From Tubiluchus corallicola (lineage: Eukaryota; Animalia; Priapulida): 64,000 bases of DNA. A program made the position numbers and the translations under genes. Shown here piece after piece: positions 13,201 to 25,200 of the stretch; within the stretch, counting starts at the first letter, position 1, and every line of letters starts with the position of its first letter. The DNA lies in NCBI GenBank assembly GCA_030141605.1, contig JAQGDQ010000146.1, forward strand, positions 1-64,000, written 5' to 3'. The notes under the pieces were generated by a model, which saw nothing but the letters and a program-made list of their open reading frames with translations, was not told where the DNA came from and searched no databases.

Positions 13201-16200
13201 TTAAATAAACGCACGTGCAATGTATCAGTATAAATAACATGGCAATGGTATACGTGAACTAATTAATTAAAATTGCTTACCAAAATGTCATTTCTACTAC
13301 ACATTCAGCAGAATCAAAATTAATTTGAAGTGTTGTGTTACATTCATGTAAGGGAGTCATAACTTATCTGGTAGCAAATATAGCTTTGCTTGAATGCACA
13401 ACATAAAAACTAAAAAACAGAAGAATGTGTTGACTGTATTACTATCATCTTTCAGAAGGCAAGAAAGTGATTAAAAGCAGGGAAGGTGCCAATAAATCCT
13501 TGTAAACAGCAGGATATCATTCAGAATGTAACACTGATATCTATATAACCTGGCGCCGAATGGTGCATGCTGAGAGGCTTAATATACAAACAGTAATTTT
13601 ATAGGTACTTATAGATATGTTGATAATACAACATACTTGCAGCAGTTTCGTAGTTCAACATCAGCAAACATTTCCATCCCAACAACAGCAAAGAAATAAT
13701 AAAGAATGAGAAGAACAATGCCTACACTGAAATAAAAACATGCTATTTTATTGCAATGACAATTAATCAATATGCCTTAGCCGGAAGCAAATTTAAGTCT
13801 CTCCTATGATGCAATTAGAGATTGTAATAAATACTTATGACGTTGTTTGTAAATTAAAATACTAAAAGTGAAAAATTCATTGATATTAAATTACTATTAC
13901 AGCACAAAAAAAGTGAAATAATCTAACTACGATAAAAACGAACCGAAAAGCACAAATTTTGATATTTTCCACAAATAACATCAATTTTGTCTCACTTAAA
14001 GTAAAAAAGCACATGAAATCACTGCTAAGCAATGGCAAAGAATAATTCAGCTTTTAAGAAATTAAATATATTCAAAATTAAAAAGGTAATGTGTTATTAT
14101 TTTTGAGGGAATTACCTGAATAACCGAGGTAGCAACACAAACAATGTTCCAAAGACATCTCGATAGCGTGCCTTGAGCCGAAAAATTCTGGAACACAGAA
14201 TTTCAGAACTTAACACATAGTATATGGGCCACTAATAAAAGCAAATGTATCTCAAATAAATGCCAGGGTACTGATACCTTAAACTAGCTATTTGCCATCT
14301 ACCTCCAATTAGCAAATGGGACCTGTGTCTATGTCCCCCCTCCACAGTCCACTAGCCCGTTGGTTTGGAAACTTTACACACCTTCTGAGATAACATATTT
14401 GGTCAGTGGACTGGAAATTTAGTTATAGTCATTGCCACGTTACTGAGAATAAACAAGCGCATTACTTGATAATAATGAAATCCAATCATGTTTACATGGA
14501 AATGCAAACTTTCTAATACATTCAGACAGAAGGTATCGATAACAACAATTTCTTGACCTTGTTTCAAACGCGCACTTCTACAAATGAATTTAGAAGTCAA
14601 ACAGATTACCGTAACAGGCGAATAGGACGAACAGCAATAGCAAATGAGAAGTGAGTGGTGATGTACTCAGTGAAGCAGCCAACTACAGCTCCTATTGTCA
14701 CCAAGAAATCAAATAGATTCCAGCCATTGAAGAAATAACCTCGAGGTCCTAAAGCTGCAATCTTTAACCATGTTTCCAAACAGTAAACTGTAAAAACAAA
14801 AACAATTTACAAAAATAAGAATGACAAAACAATGCTTAACGACACACTTCATACTGGATAAACAAAATAAAAAACAACAGAATTGTAACTGGTAACATGG
14901 ATACCTTTGAATGACCAGCACTAATATAATCAATGATAAGTGCTTATTAAATGCAGGCTATAAAAGTACGCCAGTATGTTTATGTGCTGCCATGCTCAAA
15001 TGCTGTCATCTTGTAGTCTAGTAAATTATAACTTTGCAGGTTATGGCAGATGTCTGCATCTTCTAAGTGTCATTCTAGTTAAGTTGGTGCTTTTGCTCTT
15101 CAACATTAGTAACCAGTGGCCCACTGTTTTAGATGCCCTGCATGGCAAGAAATTGTAAGACTAATGTAAAAGCATTAAGCAAACAATGGGCCACTTAGGC
15201 AGAAAAATGGCTGTTCTCCAAAGAGATGCTTATGTGGGCACTGTAAAGAAAATTTTAACTAAAACTGCCAACCTCTTGTATTGCCTACAGAAGTACAAAC
15301 ATTACTTGTTTATTTTGAGTTAGGTGAAATATATCATATATCATATACCGTATATACTCGCATATAAGCCTACATCGCATATAAGCCGACCCCCTAAAAC
15401 TGCTTTAAAATGGCCAGTTTTTGCAAAAACCCGTATATAAGCCGACCATCAACTTGTCTCATCCATGTTGCCAATTCTGCAGAGAGGGAAGTCACCAGCC
15501 TTTCTTTGATCAATAACATACTTTTGAAAACCCAAAAGTTTATGTTCATATTGTGATGGCAATTTTTGTGCAATTTTCGTTCTCTGTCTCAAACTTATAG
15601 AGTGTCTGTTCAGAAAACGTGTACACCAATATGTTCCCTCTATAAGACACGTTACCCTCGTCTCCCCACACGCTGCCTACCAATTGGCTGATGACGTCGG
15701 CTTCACCACTAGCTGTAGCTTGGTTACGGCTCGCAACTGGTGACACACAGTGGTGTATTGCTAAATAAAAAGTAGGTGGACGGCTAGTCTCAAGACTTAC
15801 CATTTTACGTTCACAAATTTGAAAGAAATTGACATTATTTAAAACCGTTTTTTGAAAAAATGAAAACAAGTAGATTTGATATTAAACCCGTATACATTTT
15901 TAATATTTTTTATCCAATGAATACAAAAAGCAGACATTTATTGAAATGTGAATTTTTTCTAAAAAAAAAGTGGGTGGACGGCGATCCCCCACGATCCCCC
16001 TCCAATACACCACTGGTGACACACAACCAAATAAAGAGTCAGATAGCGATGAAAATGTGTGGCTGGAAAATTGGCATTAGTGTCTGTCCTTGTGTTCATT
16101 TTGTATCATGCGCATATAAGCCGACCCCCTGATTTCAGTATTGTATTTTATAGTTCTAAATTCGGCTTATATGCGAGTATATACGGTACTATAATTTATT

Positions 16201-19200
16201 TGCAAGTTACAGTAAGTTAAAAACCATGATACTTTGCTGTTAAAGGAAAACTGGACCCAATCCTAAACTGAAGTTCAAAACAATCTGCTCTTTAAAATAT
16301 TGAAAGGGAATGTACTGGTTTTTAAAGAATTACTTGAGTGAAAGAATTATTGCTACACAAAAGTAATTTTGTGTTCCCGCGGCTAGTTCTTCACTGTTAC
16401 ATACATTTCCCCATTCGTTAGTTACATGGGCACTAGCGTCAACATTTCAGAGCTGCTCGTTTGTGACGTAATACCCGTTTGACAGTTCGAGAGCTCATGT
16501 GTGAACACAGTGATAAATTCAAAATTTCAATTTTTATCTTAAAATTTGCCGAGTTTTTGTATTTACACTATATGTTGTACAGCAGCACACAGCTGGAACA
16601 CGCTCACAGAATGTTTGTGCTATTGAAAATGAAAATGGGGTAGGGTACGAAAAATGCCCTGTTTTGCTTTAATAAACAAGACTGTTATTTTAATAGTATA
16701 AACATGTTCATCATAACTTTTAAGTCTATTGAAAAATCAACTTAGGAAATGTACAGACTATAAGAGCATAGCTGATGCTTTGACATTTGAATTTCAGCAC
16801 CATCAAGTGAATAATCTTCTTTCCTTTTGTGGAAGATTGAGAAAGCTTTTTTTGCCAGGCTTTGTTTCAAAATGCATCGAAAATTTTGCAAAAAAAAAAA
16901 CAAAACAAATGTGTTTGGTGATGAAGCATGCCTGCAACACAGCCTGAACACAGCTTAGTCTTACTTCAAAATGGTCAAGCTTGTTTTCACAGCTTTCAAC
17001 ACTTTTGTACAGTGCATACCAAACTATTCACTGGGACACTAAGGTGGATAACTGAGCATCCCCCAGTATCCTTAAAGTATTTTGTAGTAGGATAGAAGGT
17101 AGACTGTAGGTTGTTGATTTCTTTTACACGCGTGATCGGAAAATTGAAAAAAATATATATTTGTACAGTTGTGTAAACAGTACAAATAATGCAAAGGAAA
17201 ATATGTACGAAGCACCATCAAAAACACATAGTGACAAAAGTTGCCCCGTTCTCTCTTTGCCATACTGGTGAAAGTATGACATAGTGACACAAGTTGCCCC
17301 GTTCTCTCTTTGCCATACTGGTGAAAGTATTGACGCAATACATAGCCATCATTCCTCACCCAATTTGTCATTTAAAAATTTGTGTCTTTGGCCTTTTTTA
17401 TTCAAAAACATTAAATTTTATCGCATTGTGTTCCAGAGACTCAGCTCGAGTCTTTGAGAGCATAAAAGACAGCCATACTACATCCCCACATTCAGCAAAA
17501 AACTTAAAAGTAATTAATTACAACCTCTCTACAGAAAACTAATTATGGAATTAATAATTTAGTACCAAACAAATCGTTGACCCAAATATAACGTACCATG
17601 TTGTCTCGCCAAACAAAAGTCTGCAAAAACTCAATGCAAGCCTGACAGCAGCGACATTTGCTTTATTGCGCAGTCAGTTAATGTGTGAAAAGTCAACAGC
17701 ATGATCATAACATCCCATTATGTTGTGATTGTTTCACAGTCATGTGCATTTGTATGCAGCACTTATACACAGTGCTCAGTAGTGTGGTTTTCAAAATTAT
17801 GTTAGTTGATGCTAATCACAATGTGTTTAACTTTAAAAGGTTTGAACGTACTGGCGCTGATAGTAGTAGAACTGCAGATAACAGTTGCACAAAGTTTTGC
17901 TTTGAATGCGAACAGTTTGAAGAAAATAAATTGGAATGAACACTGCCTAAAAATAAACGAAAGTGTGATTGAAAAGACAAATAGATGGAGTGACAATAAT
18001 TTTTACTTTACAAGCAATAATCTCAGCAAGAATGTAAAATCACTTCAACATATAAGAGTTGCTTATGCTATCGAAGATGCACAAATCTCAGCTGACCATT
18101 ATATACCCGTTTTAGATATGGTGTGTAAAACATTAAATATAACTTATGACATTAATTATTTTGCACTATGGCAAACCAGCTACAGTGACATGGCAGAGTC
18201 TGGAATGACGGATTTAATTCTAAGTCCAATAATTTGGACACCAGAACGAAGCAAGGTAATGACCTTCATGTCTGGAGGGGAGGCTATTCATGTAACTTTT
18301 CTTATAAAAACTCCAGAAATAGATGCTGGTGGCTTGTCACTTGTAGCACCAATTAGTACAGGAATCTGGGTGTTCTTACTGGTATTTAGTCTTCTTACAG
18401 GCTGCTTATTATTCGTATTGGAAAAATGTGCGACAACTAGAGGCCAAAACGAAGAAATCAATTCTATAGCCTATTACGTCAGTTACACTATGGCTTCATT
18501 TCTGCAAAAAGATGGCCCACATTTACGTAATAGTGTGGCTTCACGAACAATGATGTCATGTTGGTGGGTTTTTGCAATATTCATAACAGCTGTATACACA
18601 GGTACACTAGTGTCATTTCTGACACTCAGAACACCTGTCTATCCATTCACGTCATTGGAAGAGTTACTCGAAAGTACAATTACCCCGATCACTTTACCAA
18701 ACTGGGCAGAGGTCGAATATTTACGAAACAGTCAACCAGATTCTGTAAGAGGAAAGCTGTGGAAGAAAATGCAAAGGGACAACAACGCTTTACCACATAC
18801 TGCACAGGAAGCACTGGATCTAGTTGCTACAGATGATTATGCCTTTATGGGACACAGTAATGATTTTGAACAACTGATTATACATGATTTTGAGAAACAT
18901 GGCAAATGCAGATTTGCAGTGGCACCATTTTCAATATATACAGCATTACTATCGTGGGGTGTACCTAAAGCAAGTAAGATTCAATCAATGGTAGAGTATG
19001 GATTTCAGATCGTCATTCAGAGTGGCCTGGCTCAGAGAATATATCTTGATGATTTCAATAAAAATGGTTCACAATGTTCGCATTCTCTCACACAAGTTGT
19101 CAAAACTGAAGTACTGCATATGTCAGACCTGCATTCAGCATTTGTTATCCTAGCTATAGGCATCATCGTTGCCACAACTGTTATTTGTCTGGAATATCTA

Positions 19201-22200
19201 TGCACAAAATTTGTACAAAGATCATCCGACTGAGGAGACGTGCTAGAAATGTTGCTCTTCTCAGAAAACAACAGTATAATTAACACATCTCTATCATCAG
19301 TTTTAATCACAATTTTTATAGGTCATACCTAGATCATGCCTACCAGCAACTTTTTTTGCTCGACTTCACAAGCATAACACATTCAAAACTGCTGCTGCAA
19401 TGAAGTAGTGCTTGCTTGGCTGAGGTAGCATCATTTATTTTGCGTTAGACCAAATATGTTAAAGTAATTCGTGTAGGTGATTAGAATGATTCACAGACAC
19501 TGAGAGTGAAAAGCTGTACCTTATCATCAAGCCAAAATTGTTATTTTAACAGCATGAACATATCATTCTACATATAAGGCTGACGGGCCTAGCTCACCCC
19601 TTGGCATTTACATTTCAGTTCAAATTAACAAGTTAAGATTTTACTATTGTTCTAGCTCTGTAGACTGAAATCATTTAAGAAACTTGTTATTTGTGATAAA
19701 ATTTTAAAATATGGAAACTCATAGTAGAATTTCATCATCTTGTGCTTTGTACTGAGCTACATAATATGCAGGCCTAACTGTTAAATGTAGCATAGACGTG
19801 TTTATTATTAATGTTAACAATTTTTAATTTAATCAATCTCTATCTGAATGTCACCAGACCATCATTTGTTTTTCCAGGTCAGTGATATGAAGCACAGTTG
19901 ATTTATTTTCATTAATTCTTCATGTTTTATGCTTTATGCTTTATAAGAAATTGGAAAAGTTTTCTGATTATTTCTAAAAATTAATAATAAGATTACATTA
20001 ATTGCTATTATAATGCCTCCTAAAAGAACTATTTTGTAGACTATCGTTATAGTCAATTTCATACAGGAAAATGTTTACTTACTATTGAAAAAATTGCCTG
20101 AAATTATACATGCATCTCGAAAACAACAAATCGTGTACAGTATTATCAGTATGGCATTAACAAGAAACGGCAAAAAATGGAAGTTATTTAAATAGCACAA
20201 CCTAACCTAAAGTGTTCTACAAAAATAACACGGTTGCAAAATCAGTAATCTGAGCAACGAATTTAAAATGTTAGTTTCTACATCTCAAGAAGGAAACCAT
20301 ATCAAAAAGGGCAACCATCATTCAGTAGAAGTAAAAAACTGAATTAAACATGCGTATCTGATCAATCGCTAATTAATAGCTGGTAATAAAAAAACAGCAC
20401 AATAATTAAACGTTTGAAGTTAAGTTGGATTAATACTTAAATGTCAAGTGTTGATAGTAATAATGCATCCAAAACAAGTTTGTAAAGCCAGTGGGCCTAA
20501 CTTGTTTGTTAATTTGTTTGTTAAATAGTGTTCACATTAATGTGCTTTAAAGCAAAAGATTTACAATAAAGCACAAATATAAGGGGAATAAAACCAAGAG
20601 AAACTAGGACTCATTATAATAAAAGGGCTCAATCCAATCATGACATTATTATGAAACTGACAAATTGCTGACCTGAACACTGCCATATTATTGTCTTTCG
20701 AAACAAAAGAACTAATAACACTACAGGCACAAACAATAACACAATGCATTCGTGACAGCTGAGATATTTGCCTTATCATGCATTTGGCTAGTGCATGCAA
20801 AGTAAACAGTACAAACAAACCATCCAGTTATATAGCCTTTTTCACGGAGTCAATACGCATTGTTACACATAGTGCTCACTAACACTAGCTGGTATAGTTT
20901 TTTAAATTTATAGAACATCAAGACAAGCCAAATGAACAAAAGTTTGATCATGCTGGCACTTGTATTAGTAGTGCTACAGATTACTATTCTACAAACCAAT
21001 GCTATAAATGAAAATAATTTAAAGAAAGCAAATTCGGACATATACTGTTCGAAAGTTAGCAAAAATGTGACTAAAAGAGCAAATGGCTTGAGTGATAACT
21101 ACATTTTCCTTGCAACCAATAATCTCAGTGAAAATATTGCAGAACCTCTCCAACACATAAGAGCTGCTTATGCCATCGAAGATGCACAAATCTCAGCTCA
21201 TGACAATCTACATTTCCTAGACATAGTGTGCAAAGCATTGAACGTGACATATGAAATTAAATATTTTGTGCTGAGGCAGTCCAGCTACAGTGATGTGGCA
21301 GAATCTGGAATGACAGATTTAATTGTAAGTCGAATGATTTGGACACCAGAACGAAGCAAGGTGATGTCATTTGTGTATACAGGCTATAACATTCGTGAAA
21401 CTTTTCTTATAAAAACTCCAGAATTAAATGCTGATGGCAAGTCACTTGTAGCACCAATTAGTACAGGAATCTGGGTGTTCTTACTAGTATTTAGCCTTCT
21501 TACAGGCTGCTTATTATTTGCATTAGGTAGATGTACGACAATTACAGGCCAAAATGAAGAAATCAATTCTATAGTCTATTATGTCAGTTACACTATGGCT
21601 ACATTTCTGCAGAAAGATGGCCCACAAATACCAAATAGTTTGGCTTCACGAACAATGATGTCATGTTGGTGGGTTTTCGCAATACTCATAACAGCTGTAT
21701 ACACAGGTACACTAGTGTCATTTCTGACACTCAGAACACCAGTCTATTCATTTACATCACTAGAAGAGCTATTGCAAAGTTCCATTACCCCAATAACATT
21801 AGCCAACTGGGCAGAGGCCGAAACTTTCAGAAATAGCCATCCGGATTCTGTAAAAGGAAAGCTGTGGAAGAAAATGCAAAGAGACGACATCGCTTTACCA
21901 CAAACTGCACAAGAGGCAATGGAGCTTGTTGCTACAGGTGACTACACCTTTATGGGAGGTAGCATTGATTTTGAAGACTTGATTATACGCGATTTTCAAA
22001 AACATGGTAAATGTCGATTTACACTCACACCATTTTCGATGTCTACACCATTACTAACATGGGGTATACCTAAAGGAAGCAAGATTCAGTCATTTGTACA
22101 GTACGGATTAGAGATGGTCACACAAAGTGGTTTGGCTCATAAAAGTTACCGTGATGAAATACACAGAAATGGTTCACAATGCTTGGCACCTGCTAAGCAA

Positions 22201-25200
22201 GTTATTAAAACTCAAGTACTAGATATGTCCAACCTGCAATCAGCATTTTCTATACTTGCACTAGGCAACAGCATTGCCATCTTTGTAATTTGTGTGGAGT
22301 GTCTGTACCACAAATTTGGAAGAACATCAGATGAGTGAGGAAAAGACAATCCTACCAGAAGACAACACAATGTATTTTCAAATGTGGTACAAAATTAGGT
22401 CTGAACAAACTGGAGCTCAAAAGGCAAAGGAGCTACTGAACAAATTCTGGCTCTATGACGTTTAACGGAATATGCAAAATCAAAGAAGATTAAGTTGTGG
22501 ATCAAGTTCATGGACTTTAACCAACCTTACGATTCAAGTTACTGGAGTTACTTAAGAGCACTGGTTGTGGACAAAATTTTTTGCCAATGTTAAGTGCTAC
22601 GTATAAGAGTATATGCTTAGGGTTTAGAAACACTTATAATGATACATCTGTTGGTGTAAAGCAAAGTGCTTTGATGAGATACTTGCTTATTGTAATTTTA
22701 CATTGATTTCACGACAGAAAAAACTATAATTTTTTGGCCTGATGGATTTTTAAGTGATTTGTATTCTGCTTTGCACGTGGATGATACAGCAATTGTTGCT
22801 TCTTCTGGAGAAGACTTCTTGTGTCGTCAAGTTACAGCTTTTGTTGGATTTTTGTAATGAATTTGGACGTGCTTGCTAACAAAAGGAAAACAGAATTCAT
22901 GGTAATAAATCACTCAGTTGATGATGAGGTTTCTATTGGCGAGGACACTGGCAGCAAAATATCATCAGAGTTATGAAAATCCATAGCATGAAATATCTGT
23001 CATTTGTAAATAGGAATTATAGCGTGTATTTTTCTTAGAAAAAGAAAGTTGCTGAAGCACGTGTCACTAAGCTTCTCTTGTATGGTTCCGAGACATGGTT
23101 ACTTCTAACTTCAAGTGTTGAGACATATTATACAACAAAGTTATGAAAGCCTTGTTGAGTGTAAAATTACTATTTACCACTTCACTACTGCTACTATTTT
23201 GTCGTCAGTACAGATCATAGCTTTTTCCTGTGCAGTTTAAACTTTAGATTATGTCTATCAGGTATTACTGTACAGTTCGTATACGTTTGGCCTTTTAGTT
23301 TAAAGAAAAATTTAAGATTTAATAGAACTGTTATTGCAGAACTTACATGAACTGGTGTACATAAAAACACTCTGAAATCCAATAACCAACGATAATAAAT
23401 TTTTCAAAAAGTATAAATATCTTGTATAAAAATGAAAAATGTCACAGTGCTAGTTGCATTTGCTAATCGGCATTACACTTAAATTGTTTATTCTAGTTCA
23501 CCCTAACATAAAAAGTGCTCCATATTGAGCGAAGTAAACGACAGATTTTACAACAGAGTTTTTTACGTACTTACAAGATACGAAAGCAACAGAAACCCAA
23601 AATGTAGCGTCGGCCCACTCTCTATATGACTGACTGGATGAGTTCTGAGCATCTAGTTAAAAAATCACATTACATCATTAGTAATCAAACTCTTAGTTTT
23701 TTTATTGGCAGCCTAAAAACCAAACATTTTTTTAAATTTTCATTTATAAACAATACACTGTTTATATCGTCTTATTGATAATACACAAAAAATAAAGCCA
23801 ACTGTGATTACTACCTGTACAACCTGCAAGCCCTAAATCACAACATAACACAGAAACTACTAGGATACCAGACTTTTTACTCCAACAATACATAATTCTG
23901 AAAAATAGTGATGAACAGATCAGTACCATCTTTCTTTGATTATCACTGACATAGGCATGAAAGTTTAGCAAAGCTACATTTAGCAGTATAACAACTGATA
24001 CTATTATTTAACTTGCACCTACTTGAAAATCTTGTAGTTTCAACAATTAACCAGATGGCATTAGCACCAATAATCGAATCTAAAAAAAACAAATAAGTTA
24101 ATACAAGCTAAGCTGCAGTGGCATGATAACATTAGCAATCATATATCTGTTGCACAATACCACATTCAGTAAGCTGAATTCTGATTCTGAAAGTATATTA
24201 GCTTAAAAAAACGGTGTACAGAATGCTTCATGCCAGGACTTCAATAACAGAGAAAATAAATATTAATGTTGTAAAAATCATTAAACTTGTATCACATTTA
24301 AACTGGACAACATATTCCACTATTGGTAGCTGGTAGGACATTGTTTAAACTACTAGAAGAACAGACTTTAGCACTTACTGACTATGTAGTCAAACCAACG
24401 CCAGTGTACGAGCCAATGAATACCTGGAATGGCCAAGAAAAAACAATTTGAACTTCACTTAACAAAATTCAATTGTAAAAGCTATAAGAAGCTCAAAACA
24501 GAGGTGCTAAGCAAAATATTTTTTCAACATCAAAATGCAAAAATTGGAAACAGTTTAACCACTCTTATTAATTACATGTGTATTAGTATCGGCGTGTTTC
24601 ACATGCTTGCATGACCTAACAATTTTGTCCAATAATCATTAAATTCATCAAATTCATCGTGTTCAGTCTCACCTATTTGGAAAGTATAGCATACAAGCCT
24701 AGCAGACATATAATAATGTCTAGGTGCTTAACAAATTAACATTATCTTATTCAACACATCTCAGATCCCTTTCTTTCTGAAGGCTCATTGTCTGAAAATG
24801 GCACCAAATAAGAACAGCCAACGCATGACTATGAATATGAGTTCTTGGTCAAGTTGACTGACCTATCTAGCTTTATCTATATATAGCAGATTTAAACAAG
24901 TACATGATTCAAACTATGCTAATGCATCAAAAGTACATAAATACTTTAATTACTTACCCAAAAATAATTTATCAAATGGATTACAAAGTGTTTCGAACCA
25001 TTTATCTTGTTCTTTCTTTACCTAAAAGAATGGTAACAACTTTAATTAATGACAGTAAAAAAGCAAAAGGAAAATATATGCACCAAAGAAACAGTCACTT
25101 TCTTCAAATTAAAACAGTGGTTGATAAACTTCAAATTAAATAATCCCCAGATGTGAAAAATTGACATGCCATTATAATTATCAAGAACACATTATGCAAA

